The notes under the pieces: generated by a model
The model's input: only the letters and a program-made list of their open reading frames with translations
Told to the model about the DNA's origin: nothing
Database searches by the model: none
Translations under genes and position numbers: made by a program
From: Pseudomonadota bacterium
Lineage (GTDB): Bacteria > Desulfobacterota > Desulfobacteria > Desulfobacterales > JBDRRP01
Direction of reading: 5' to 3'
DNA: 64,000 nucleotides
Assembly: GCA_043825735.1 (NCBI GenBank)
Contig: JBDRRP010000139.1
Span: 64,001-128,000 of the forward strand
Part shown: positions 27,793-35,842 of the stretch, piece by piece
How positions within the stretch are numbered: the stretch's first letter is position 1
How the letters are laid out: every line of letters starts with the position of its first letter

Positions 27793-28350
27793 GTGAAAAC
27801 AAGGCTTGTAAAAGAATTGATGGTACCCATTTCGGACTACGCAACTATCCACGAAGGCGCCAGTATGGCCGAGGCCATTCGGGCCCTTGAAAGCGAGAAA
27901 AAGCGATATGGAGATGCCCCTTACCGCCATCAATCCCTGGTGGTTATCGACGTTAACCGCCACGTGGTGGGAAGGCTCAGCCAGGTGGACATGATGCATG
28001 CCCTGGAGCCCCGCTACAGCCAACTGGGGGACGCGCGCTGGATTGGGCGCTCGGTATTGAGCAAGTCGGTGCTCAAGACGCTGCGTGAGGAGTACCAGCT
28101 CTGGGAGCAGCCCCTGGAAGAGATGTGCCGGGCACTGGGCAGTGCGATGGTGAAAGATTTCATGCAGGAGCCAACGGAAGGCGAATTCGTCTCCGAAACC
28201 GACACCATGAACGTCGCCATGCACCGGGTCGTCATGGGCCGTCATCACAGCCTGCTGGTGACCCGGGGCAAGGAAATCGTCGGCATCCTCAGATCCACGG
28301 ATCTGTTCAATGCCCTCTACGACATGATGGGGGCGTGCAAGGTTCTGTGA
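27793..28350 (+). CDS. CBS domain-containing protein
   Basis: VKELMVP..YATI...VVGRLSQ.D...VKDFM...IVGILRSTDLF. Confidence 0.88.
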   Translation: MKTRLVKELMVPISDYATIHEGASMAEAIRALESEKKRYGDAPYRHQSLVVIDVNRHVVGRLSQVDMMHALEPRYSQLGDARWIGRSVLSKSVLKTLREEYQLWEQPLEEMCRALGSAMVKDFMQEPTEGEFVSETDTMNVAMHRVVMGRHHSLLVTRGKEIVGILRSTDLFNALYDMMGACKVL

Positions 28351-29056
28351 TCGGACCAGTCCCGTTGAAGCCGCTGCATCCGGTCATGCGGGCGTGCTTG
28401 AGGCTGCCGGGGTATTGCCGACAGATCTCCGGTTTATGGGCCTGGATGCTGCAGATGAACTGATTATTGCCGGCCGATTGAAGCCAAGGGCAGGTCTGCC
28501 GGGTATGTTTTCCGTCGGCCGACGTCCAGATCCGGTAGTGGTCGATACGGCCGCCGCGGGTCACTGGGCGTGCACGGGCGATGAGATCACGGCGGCCGGC
28601 CAGCCGCCAGCGCCTGATATCTTGGACGGTGCACTGGTCATGGTAGTCGAGACTTCGGCAGCAGCGCCCACAGAGCCGGCAGGAAAAATCCGCCATGCCG
28701 GTTTCCAACCAGATGCCTTTTTGCCGGCCGCTGGTGTCCGTGCCGACTGTGGCCGGGGTTTCGAATACGCGTGAGAGCAGATTCGCGATTTCTGGGAGAT
28801 TCAGAGTAAGGCTTCCCACCGCATTGCAGAGCTGTTCGCGCAGCGCCGACCATGCTATTTTTTTCATCTTTCCAAGTTTGCCGGTTTCGAGCCAAAGACC
28901 ACTGGCGTCGTCGTCATCGACAACGGTGTGTTTTCCCAGCAGGATGGGGCTGAGCTCCCGAAAGAGGGGTTTCTGGGGCGCGTACTGCACCAGGTCGGCG
29001 CGGATGGCGGCCTGTGCCTGTGCGTGGGTCAGGAAGAGGCGAAGGTCCTCGGGCAT
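28307..29056 (-). CDS. YkgJ-family CxxCxxCC cysteine-cluster protein
   Basis: FSCRLCGRCC...CPWL...CSIQAHKPEICRQYP. Confidence 0.85.
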   Translation of the reverse strand: MPEDLRLFLTHAQAQAAIRADLVQYAPQKPLFRELSPILLGKHTVVDDDDASGLWLETGKLGKMKKIAWSALREQLCNAVGSLTLNLPEIANLLSRVFETPATVGTDTSGRQKGIWLETGMADFSCRLCGRCCRSLDYHDQCTVQDIRRWRLAGRRDLIARARPVTRGGRIDHYRIWTSADGKHTRQTCPWLQSAGNNQFICSIQAHKPEICRQYPGSLKHARMTGCSGFNGTGPITEPCTPPSCRRGH

Positions 29057-29116
29057 GTCGTCTCAGGCGGGCCCTCAGGCCGTTGTACCGATTGTGCGGG
29101 CCCGGCAGAAGGCATC

Positions 29117-29302
29117 ATGCAGCGAATCACCAAATATTTCAAGTCGGTTGAGCCCTGTGCCGGCATCCGCATTTTCGAGGACCTGTCATTTGCCGGTCTG
29201 GATGTCGGCGCTGTCTTGGATCAGGTGGTGGCGCTGCCGCTTCGCGTAGTGGACGGTGACGGCGCGCCATGTACGGTCATCGGTTTCCTGGCCGGCGAAT
29301 AA
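29117..29302 (+). pseudogene. Remnant containing the C-terminal part of a cyclase/kynurenine formamidase-family protein
   Basis: GIRIFEDLSF...VVALPLRVVDGDGAPCTVIG matches the cyclase C-terminus; only 61 aa, N-terminal metal-binding motifs absent. Confidence 0.6.
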
Positions 29303-29352
29303 TCCTGCATGAGGCTGGACGAGACGTCTTTTAGCGGAACACCCGTTACTCG

Positions 29353-29524
29353 AATCGCGCAGAGACGCTGAGGCGCAGAGAAAAACAAAGAGAAAATGAA
29401 AAGAACCGATTTGCGCTTGTCTATAACGCTCAAGTTGACCTTATCCGAACCATTGAATACACTTTCTCTGCGTCTCTGCGTCTCTGCGTCCCTGCGTCCC
29501 TGCGTCCCTGCGCCTCTGCGCGAT
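29353..29524. repeat. Inverted periodic arms; right arm expanded to 7 x 8-mer CYCTGCGY (29466-29521)
   Basis: ATCGCGCAGAGACGCTGAGGCGCAGAG ... (CTCTGCGT)3(CCCTGCGT)2CCCTGCGC CTCTGCGC GAT. The left arm recurs almost exactly at 49495. Confidence 0.85.
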
Positions 29525-29594
29525 GATCTATATGCCGTAAGCCGGCAAGAATCGCCGGCTCCAGGAGCGCCCGGACGTTCCCGGCAGAACGGTT

Positions 29595-31169
29595 TTACAC
29601 CGGCCGGATTTCCACCTTGTCGGCGAGAAAGGCTTTGACTTTCCCCACAGGGACTTCCCGGCGGTGAAAGATGCCGGCGGCCAGTGCGCTTTCCGCGGCC
29701 GTCTGAGTGAAAACCTCCAGAAAGTGCTCCGCGCAGCCCGCACCGCTGGAGGCGATGACCGGGATGGTGACGGCCGACTTGACGGCGTTGATGAGCTCCA
29801 GGTCGAAGCCGCTGTTGGTGCCGTCGCGGTCGATGCAGTTGAGAAGAATTTCTCCTGCCCCCAGTTCCTCGCAGGCCTTTGCCAGGGTCACGGCATCCAC
29901 GGGCCGACCCTCCCTGCCGCCGCGCACGGTGCATTCGTACCAGCAGTATTTCTCTCCGCCGGGCCCCGGGACGGCGGTCTCGATGACATGGTGGGGCACG
30001 CTTTCGGGATCGACCACATAGGCACGGCGCGGGTCAATGGAGATGACCACGGCCTGGCTGCCGTAAACTTCGGCAATGGTTTCGATGGCGCTTATTCCCG
30101 TTTTTATGCCGCTTTTCAGATACGCCTCGACAACATAGACGGCATCGCTGCCGATGGAGATCTTGTCGGCGCCGGAGCGAAAATAGGCGGCCGCCACTTC
30201 AAGGGCCGAATAGGTGCGGCCGTCGGCGTCGGTGTAGTCCCGGATGCCGCCGCCGATGGTCAACGGCACGAAGACGTTTTCAGACGTCTTTTTAAGGACG
30301 TCCATCATGGGCATGTCCTCGAGGGGGAAATCCCGAAATCCGGTGATGTTGAGAAAAGTGATCTCGTCGGCCCCGTCTTCGTAGTACTGGCGGGCCAAAG
30401 CCACGGGTTTGCCGAGATTGCGCACTTCTCCCTTGTCGCGAACGTCGTACTGGTCCCCCTTGGTGACCACCAGATCCCCGGCGTCGTTGGCGCGCACGTC
30501 AAGGCAGGCGATAATGCGCTTGGCCAGTCGGGTCTCAGTCGGTATCTGCGGCGGCAGCACCGCTTCGGTCGAGGTTTCGATAAAGTTTTTGAACACCTGT
30601 CTACCGGAGGCCCCGCTTTTCTCAGGGTGAAACTGGGTGCCTAAAATGCGGCCTTTCTGGACGGCGCTGACAAACGGGTAGCCGTAATCGGTGGTGGTGA
30701 GCACCCACTGATCGGTCTCCGGAGCGGCGTGATAGGAGTGGACGAAATAAAACTTTTCCTCGCCGGAGAGTCCGGCAAACAGGCGCGAGGGCTGGCGGGC
30801 CCGGATGCCGTTCCAGCCGATGTGGGGAACGGCGAGGTCCACGGTAAAGCGCTTCACCTTGCCGGGGATGATTCCCAGACCGGGCAGTTCGGGCGCTTCC
30901 TCGCTGCCGCCGAGCAGGGCGTGGAGCCCCAGGCAGATGCCCAGAAAGGGGCGGTCCGCCGCCAGGTAGGCTTGAAGCGCGGCGACCACGCCCTTTCGGT
31001 GCAGGGCCTGCATCATACTGCCGAAGGCGCCGACTCCGGGAAAAACCAGTTTTTCTGCGGAAAGGATATCTTCTCCGGAAGAAACGAGGCGTACCGTTTC
31101 CCCCAGGCTCTCGATGGCGTTGATGACGCTACGGACGTTTCCGGCCCCATAATCGAGTAGGGTAATCAT
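29595..31169 (-). CDS. hisHF: Bifunctional imidazole glycerol phosphate synthase, fused HisH-HisF
   Basis: DYGAGNVRS, GICLG, QFHPEKS (HisH); RIIACLDV, GGGIR, GADKISIGS, IDRDGTNSGFD (HisF). Confidence 0.96.
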   Translation of the reverse strand: MITLLDYGAGNVRSVINAIESLGETVRLVSSGEDILSAEKLVFPGVGAFGSMMQALHRKGVVAALQAYLAADRPFLGICLGLHALLGGSEEAPELPGLGIIPGKVKRFTVDLAVPHIGWNGIRARQPSRLFAGLSGEEKFYFVHSYHAAPETDQWVLTTTDYGYPFVSAVQKGRILGTQFHPEKSGASGRQVFKNFIETSTEAVLPPQIPTETRLAKRIIACLDVRANDAGDLVVTKGDQYDVRDKGEVRNLGKPVALARQYYEDGADEITFLNITGFRDFPLEDMPMMDVLKKTSENVFVPLTIGGGIRDYTDADGRTYSALEVAAAYFRSGADKISIGSDAVYVVEAYLKSGIKTGISAIETIAEVYGSQAVVISIDPRRAYVVDPESVPHHVIETAVPGPGGEKYCWYECTVRGGREGRPVDAVTLAKACEELGAGEILLNCIDRDGTNSGFDLELINAVKSAVTIPVIASSGAGCAEHFLEVFTQTAAESALAAGIFHRREVPVGKVKAFLADKVEIRPV

Positions 31170-31288
31170 GGTGTTTTCCTGTTCTGTTTATTGCATGAGC
31201 GTTAGAACCCGATTTCATAGACCAAACACGTCGCTCCCGCAAGGGGCAGCCGCTTGACGCGACATTTTCAAATTCAGCCAAGATTTTC

Positions 31289-31376
31289 GAAGCACGAAGT
31301 CCACAAAGCGCACGAAGACAGTTTGGGCACAAAAATGATGTAAAAAGCCTTCGTGACCTTCGTGCACTTTATGGTA
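31289..31376. repeat. Inverted pair of CACGAAG-periodic arms
   Basis: GCACGAAGTCCACAAAGCGCACGAAG ... CTTCGTGACCTTCGTGCACTTTATGG. Confidence 0.65.
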
Positions 31377-31403
31377 AAAACGCCATTATGCCAGGAGGTG
31401 CTC

Positions 31404-31955
31404 ATGACGAGTCCGTGGTCCCCGGAAACATATATGGCCGCGGCCCGGTTTGCCGCAGAGGCCCACCAGCGGACCGGCAAGGCGGTGCCCGGAACGCATC
31501 TGCCCTATTTCTATCACGTTTGCCTGGTGGCCATGGAAGTCACCCGCGCCCTGTCGGTAGAAGACGGCCACGACGGCGACCTGGCCGTCCAGTGCGCGCT
31601 GCTCCATGACGTGCTGGAGGATACGCCGGTGAGCGTCCGTCGATTGGCGGCGCATTTTGGCGCTGCCGTTGCCGCGGGTGTGCAGGCGCTGACCAAGGAT
31701 CCCGCCATATCGCAAAAGGACGCGCGGATGCGAGACAGCCTTGCCCGTATTCGGCGTCAGCCGCCGTCGGTCTGGCTGGTGAAGCTGGCCGATCGCATCG
31801 TCAATCTCCAGCCGCCCCCGTCCGACTGGCGCGCAGACAAGATTGCGCTGTATGGGCAAGAGGCCCGGGTGATTCTAGATGCGCTGGCCGCGGCGAGTCC
31901 GCACCTGGCCCGCCGATTGGCGGACAAAATCAGCGGCTACGGCCGGCCCGGTTGA
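31404..31955 (+). CDS. Stand-alone HD-domain protein, SpoT/Mesh1-like (small alarmone hydrolase candidate)
   Basis: AEAH...PYFYH...ALLHDVLED...LTKD...VKLADRIVN; RBS AGGAGG. Confidence 0.88.
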   Translation: MTSPWSPETYMAAARFAAEAHQRTGKAVPGTHLPYFYHVCLVAMEVTRALSVEDGHDGDLAVQCALLHDVLEDTPVSVRRLAAHFGAAVAAGVQALTKDPAISQKDARMRDSLARIRRQPPSVWLVKLADRIVNLQPPPSDWRADKIALYGQEARVILDALAAASPHLARRLADKISGYGRPG

Positions 31956-32081
31956 CAGCCGGCGGCGCCGGGGATTAAGGGGACGCGGAGGTTGACCGTT
32001 TGGCAGAAAGCCGTTTTAAAACAACGTTATCGTCCAATCCGCCCCAGGCGTTTCGTGGCTAAAATTTCACAAAGGACAGAT

Positions 32082-32669
32082 ATGAAGCGGATTTGCGTAT
32101 TTTGCGGATCGAGTCCGGGCGCCCGGGAGATCTATACTGAGGCCGCCGTCGCCATGGGCCGCGCCCTGGTGGATGGCGGCTTGGGACTGGTCTACGGCGG
32201 CGGCTCGGTCGGGCTCATGGGAATCATCGCCCGGACGGTGGCAGATGCCGGGGGCGATGTCGTCGGGGTGATCCCGCGGTTTCTCATGGAGCAGGCGGTG
32301 GGATACAACGAGTTGGCCGATCTTCGGGTCACCGAGACCATGCACGAGCGAAAGGCGCTCATGGCGGCGCTCTCGGACGGGTTCGTCGCCATGCCCGGCG
32401 GGCTGGGCACTCTGGAGGAGCTTTTCGAGGTGCTCACCTGGGCCCAGCTCGGCATGCACACCAAACCCTGCGGGCTGCTCAACGTGAACGGCTATTTCGA
32501 CGGAGTGCTGCGGTTTCTCGACCACGCCGTGGAAGAGCGCTTCGTGGGCCCCGATCACCGCGGCCTGATGCTCCAGGACCCGCGGCCCGAAGGGCTGCTG
32601 GCCCAGTTCGCGCACTACACGGCGCCGGCGATGGATGCGGCAAAGTGGGCCCTGGCCTTTGACAATTAG
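32082..32669 (+). CDS. LOG-family nucleotide phosphoribohydrolase
   Basis: VFCGSS, YGGG.VGLMG, MHERK, PGGLGTLEE. Confidence 0.93.
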   Translation: MKRICVFCGSSPGAREIYTEAAVAMGRALVDGGLGLVYGGGSVGLMGIIARTVADAGGDVVGVIPRFLMEQAVGYNELADLRVTETMHERKALMAALSDGFVAMPGGLGTLEELFEVLTWAQLGMHTKPCGLLNVNGYFDGVLRFLDHAVEERFVGPDHRGLMLQDPRPEGLLAQFAHYTAPAMDAAKWALAFDN

Positions 32670-32747
32670 GGCGAATCCGCTGTTCACCCTGACCCTAACC
32701 GGGCATCGATGGGGCCGAACCCGTGATGCCAGCAAGGAGCGTGCGCT

Positions 32748-33827
32748 ATGACCGACACCGCCCACCGGGTCATGATTCACCCGGCCACCTACGAAAACTG
32801 CCGCACGGCGGTTGAAAAAGCCTTCGATCTGTTTTGCCCGGATGTGTCGGGTAAAAAAGTGCTCGTCAAACCCAATGTGCTGCGCGCCTCGGAAGCCCAT
32901 GAGGGCATCGTGACCCACCCGGCCGTGATGGCGGCGGTGATCGCCTGTCTTGAGGACCGGCGTCCGGCGGAAATCGTTGTGGGAGACAACCCGGGTCTGT
33001 TCAGTTACGGCGCCAACGCGGCCGCCTTCGAGCAGACCGGGCTTTTGGCGGCGGCCGGTGGCCATTACCGGAACATCGGTGACGAAAGCCTCGAAGTGCC
33101 TTTCGACGAGCGCTACGGCGGCCGGCTGATGGTATCGCGGGCCGTGATGGCGGCCGATGTTGTTATCTCGCTTCCCAAATTCAAGACTCACGGTCTAACG
33201 GTGATGACCGGTGCGATAAAAAACAGTTACGGCATTCTTCCCGGTGCCCAAAAGGCCGTGTTGCACCGAAAGGCCGGAGCCCCGGAACCTTTTCACGATC
33301 TCATCGTGGACGTGTTCCGGCTGCGGGTGCCCGATTTTTTCATCGTGGACGCCGTGGTGGGCATGGAAGGCAACGGCCCGGCATCGCCCGAGCTGCGCAC
33401 CATCGGCCGCATCCTCGCCGGTGACAACGCCGTGGCCCTGGATGCGGTCATGGCGCGCATGATGGGGCTCGACCCGGCCCGGCTGCGCTTTTTACAGCGG
33501 GCCGCCGCGTTGGGTCTGGGAAGCCATGATGCGGCCGACACGACGCTGGTGGGGGAATTGACGGTCATCGATGATTTCAAGATCCCGCCCCTTGGTGGCC
33601 AGGCCATCCAGGACAACCCGGCGATTCAGGAATTCATTCACGGCCGCACCCTGCTTCGGCCCAAAGCGGATCCTGAAAAGTGCACGGCCTGCGGGATGTG
33701 TGTCGACCACTGTCCGGTGTCGGCCCTGTCCATGGGGGACGAGATTCCCGAGGTGGCAGTCGATACCTGCATTGCCTGCTTTTGCTGCCAGGAGCTTTGC
33801 CCTGAAAAGGCCATGACGCTGCTGTGA
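32748..33827 (+). CDS. DUF362 protein with C-terminal 2x[4Fe-4S] domain
   Basis: VKPN, THP, PKFKTH, GAIKN, GMEGNGP; CTACGMCVDHCP and CIACFCCQELCP. Confidence 0.92.
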   Translation: MTDTAHRVMIHPATYENCRTAVEKAFDLFCPDVSGKKVLVKPNVLRASEAHEGIVTHPAVMAAVIACLEDRRPAEIVVGDNPGLFSYGANAAAFEQTGLLAAAGGHYRNIGDESLEVPFDERYGGRLMVSRAVMAADVVISLPKFKTHGLTVMTGAIKNSYGILPGAQKAVLHRKAGAPEPFHDLIVDVFRLRVPDFFIVDAVVGMEGNGPASPELRTIGRILAGDNAVALDAVMARMMGLDPARLRFLQRAAALGLGSHDAADTTLVGELTVIDDFKIPPLGGQAIQDNPAIQEFIHGRTLLRPKADPEKCTACGMCVDHCPVSALSMGDEIPEVAVDTCIACFCCQELCPEKAMTLL

Positions 33828-33857
33828 GGTCCTGAATGCGCCGACCCACCGAAGGAC

Positions 33858-33903
33858 CAATAAAAAGGCGAAAGGGGGCGCCCGGCTCGCCGGGCGCCCC
33901 CTT
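33858..33903 (-). terminator. Intrinsic terminator hairpin
   Basis: AAGGGGGCGCCCGGC-TC-GCCGGGCGCCCCCTT (33872-33903), with a T-rich tail on the minus strand. Confidence 0.75.
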
Positions 33904-34045
33904 CCAGGGGTAGTGAAAGGAGGAGAGAGGAGGTAATGGCAAATGCCGCCGGGCAAAACGACCTTCAAGGGTAAGGGGCAGTTACCGAATGTGGCCCCCG
34001 GCGTGGCGGCGACCGTTCGTTGCCATTGTTGTCACCGCGCTTGGC
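33858..34045 (-). ncRNA. Candidate sigma-54-dependent small RNA (~190 nt) with CU-rich anti-SD tract
   Basis: Lies between a consensus sigma-54 promoter and a strong terminator; 8-bp closing stem AAUGGCAA/UUGCCAUU; ACCUCCUCUCUCCUCCUUUC; no RBS-led ORF on this strand. Confidence 0.6.
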
Positions 34046-34055
34046 ATTTATTATA

Positions 34056-34072
34056 AGCAATGCGTGTGCCAG
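34056..34072 (-). promoter_or_regulatory. Sigma-54 promoter (-24/-12)
   Basis: Minus strand CTGGCAC-ACGCA-TTGCT, matching TGGCAC-N5-TTGC. Confidence 0.8.
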
Positions 34073-34382
34073 ATTTGGAGTTAACGTTCTAAAAATTCCT
34101 TAACACTTTGTTTATACAGTAAAAAGGCATTCTCCAACAATTTGGCAGTTCAAATAGACGCGCCGATATCTCAAAAACAGGTAGGGGGGCCGTCAGAAAA
34201 GTGTCATGCGAGACGGTTGTGTCTCGAAATTCAAGACGGGTCGCCAACGGCCAGCGATGAGCGGCGACGCGTAAGGGCGAAGGGTCCCCAGCCGCAAGCT
34301 GCGGAGTCGGCGCTTGCTGCGCTGCCCCGACCCAATCTATCCCCGTCACAAACGGGAAGGCATAGACAACACAGGTCAAAAA

Positions 34383-34928
34383 ATGCTGATTAAAATCAAT
34401 AGTATCGACTCGGTTGGACGCCATGAGATTGCCCAAGTGCCCATTGCGGACATGCCGCTGCTCATGGAATTGATCCGTTCCGGAGGCGTCGGGTTTCCGG
34501 CGCCGGTCACTGTCGACGTGTTTCTGATGCAACCCGATGAGGGGGTTGTGGTGGTGTCCGGCACCCTTGACACCCGGGCGGTGTTCGACTGCGGCCGATG
34601 CCTTGAGGCAGCCATCGTCCCGGTGCGTGCCGACATCCGCATCGTATTTAAACCAGTCACCGCAGCTGCTGCGGCGGCCGGCGAGCTCGTGGAGCTGACC
34701 GACGAAGACATGGAGTGCGTCGCTTATGACGGTGACACGCTGGACCTTGCCGCGGTACTTCAAGAAGAAGTTATCGCCGCGCTGCCGCTCAGACCGCTGT
34801 GTCAGCCGGGTTGCAAGGGCCTGTGCCCAGAGTGCGGCGCCAACCTGAATGTGTCAGCGTGCACCTGCTCAAAGACGCCCGCAGACCCGCGTCTGGCGGT
34901 ACTCAAGAGCTGGCGTTCCGACACTTAA
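34383..34928 (+). CDS. yceD: YceD/DUF177 family protein
   Basis: CGRCL...LDL...QEEVIAALPLRPLCQPGCKGLCPECGANLN...C.C...DPRLAVLK. Confidence 0.9.
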   Translation: MLIKINSIDSVGRHEIAQVPIADMPLLMELIRSGGVGFPAPVTVDVFLMQPDEGVVVVSGTLDTRAVFDCGRCLEAAIVPVRADIRIVFKPVTAAAAAAGELVELTDEDMECVAYDGDTLDLAAVLQEEVIAALPLRPLCQPGCKGLCPECGANLNVSACTCSKTPADPRLAVLKSWRSDT

Positions 34929-34949
34929 GGTTCTCCAACGTCAACCCAA

Positions 34950-35190
34950 TCACCGCGGCGCCATAGGATACTCGCTCCAGAGCCATTGGCGCCATCCGCT
35001 CTTGAGCGCATAAACGTCCTCATACCCTTTTTCCATGAGCTTCCGTGCCATACTGGCACAGGTGTACTCATTGGGTCAGTCGCAGTAGAGAACGATGGTC
35101 TTGTGCTTGTCCAGCCCGGCGGACCACGTGTCGAAATCCCCAGGGTCTGCGCGGCGGGCCCCTTGATCCTGACCGGGGAATCGGATAGAT
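34950..35190 (-). pseudogene. Rhodanese-like selenoprotein remnant (CxU motif, in-frame UGA 35076-35078, SECIS-like hairpin)
   Basis: RADPGDFDTWSAGLDKHKTIVLYCD-UGA-PNEYTCASMARKLMEKGYEDVYALKSGWRQW...YPMAPR*; frameshift in the G4 run at 35159-35162; N-terminus missing. Confidence 0.75.
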
Positions 35191-35236
35191 TGCCTCCGGT
35201 TTTCAACCGCTTTCAATGATTATCATGGAGGAACAC

Positions 35237-35809
35237 ATGCCCAAGGCGTGCAATGTGAAAAAAGGCAATATCATCAATATCAACGGCGCCCCCTACCAGG
35301 TGAAGCAGATCGACGTGCAGACCCCGTCGGCACGCGGCGCCAACACCCTCTACAAAATCCGGTTTTCCGGGGTCACCACTGGGCAGAAGCTGGACCAGAC
35401 CTACAAGGGAAACGACATGCTGGAGGAATTGGCGCTGGACCGGCGGGCCGTGAGCTATATTTTCAAGGACGCCAGCGGCTACACGTTTATGGACGCAGCG
35501 TCTTTTGAGCAGTACACCCTTTCAGAGGAAAGCCTCGAAGGTCAGTTGCTGTGGCTTACCGAAGGTCAGGAGGATCTCACCGCCCTGCTGCTGGACGGCC
35601 GCGTGCTGTGCATCGAGCTGCCCGCCACCGTGGATCTGGAGGTGGTGGAGACTGCCCCGGGCATCAAGGGCGCCACGGCCACCAACCGCAACAAGCCGGC
35701 AGTTCTTGCCAACGGTCACACAGTCATGGTGCCCGAATATCTGGAAACCGGCGAAGTGGTGCGTGTGAACACCGAAACCGGCAAGTATATGTCGCGGGCC
35801 AAAGATTAA
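35237..35809 (+). CDS. efpL: Elongation factor P-like protein EfpL/YeiP
   Basis: EF-P fold with PSARG loop tip; APGIKGATAT, KPA, VPEYL..GE..RVNT. Confidence 0.9.
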   Translation: MPKACNVKKGNIININGAPYQVKQIDVQTPSARGANTLYKIRFSGVTTGQKLDQTYKGNDMLEELALDRRAVSYIFKDASGYTFMDAASFEQYTLSEESLEGQLLWLTEGQEDLTALLLDGRVLCIELPATVDLEVVETAPGIKGATATNRNKPAVLANGHTVMVPEYLETGEVVRVNTETGKYMSRAKD

Positions 35810-35842
35810 AAAACGATGCCGCCGCCGGCGGCATCGTTTTTT
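35808..35842. terminator. Bidirectional intrinsic terminator
   Basis: AAAAAACGATGCCGCC-GCC-GGCGGCATCGTTTTTT between convergent genes. Confidence 0.88.

Noticed and set aside
29353..29524. Possible CRISPR array in the periodic repeats (also 26854-26909, 16418-16578)
   Set aside because: Units are 7-9 bp and tandem, with no regular unique spacers; no cas genes in the window.
32067..33191. 374-aa minus-strand ORF
   Set aside because: Antisense shadow of the LOG and DUF362 genes.
34180..34375. Possible riboswitch (c-di-GMP or ZTP) in the yceD leader
   Set aside because: Small hairpins are present but I could not match conserved aptamer motifs.
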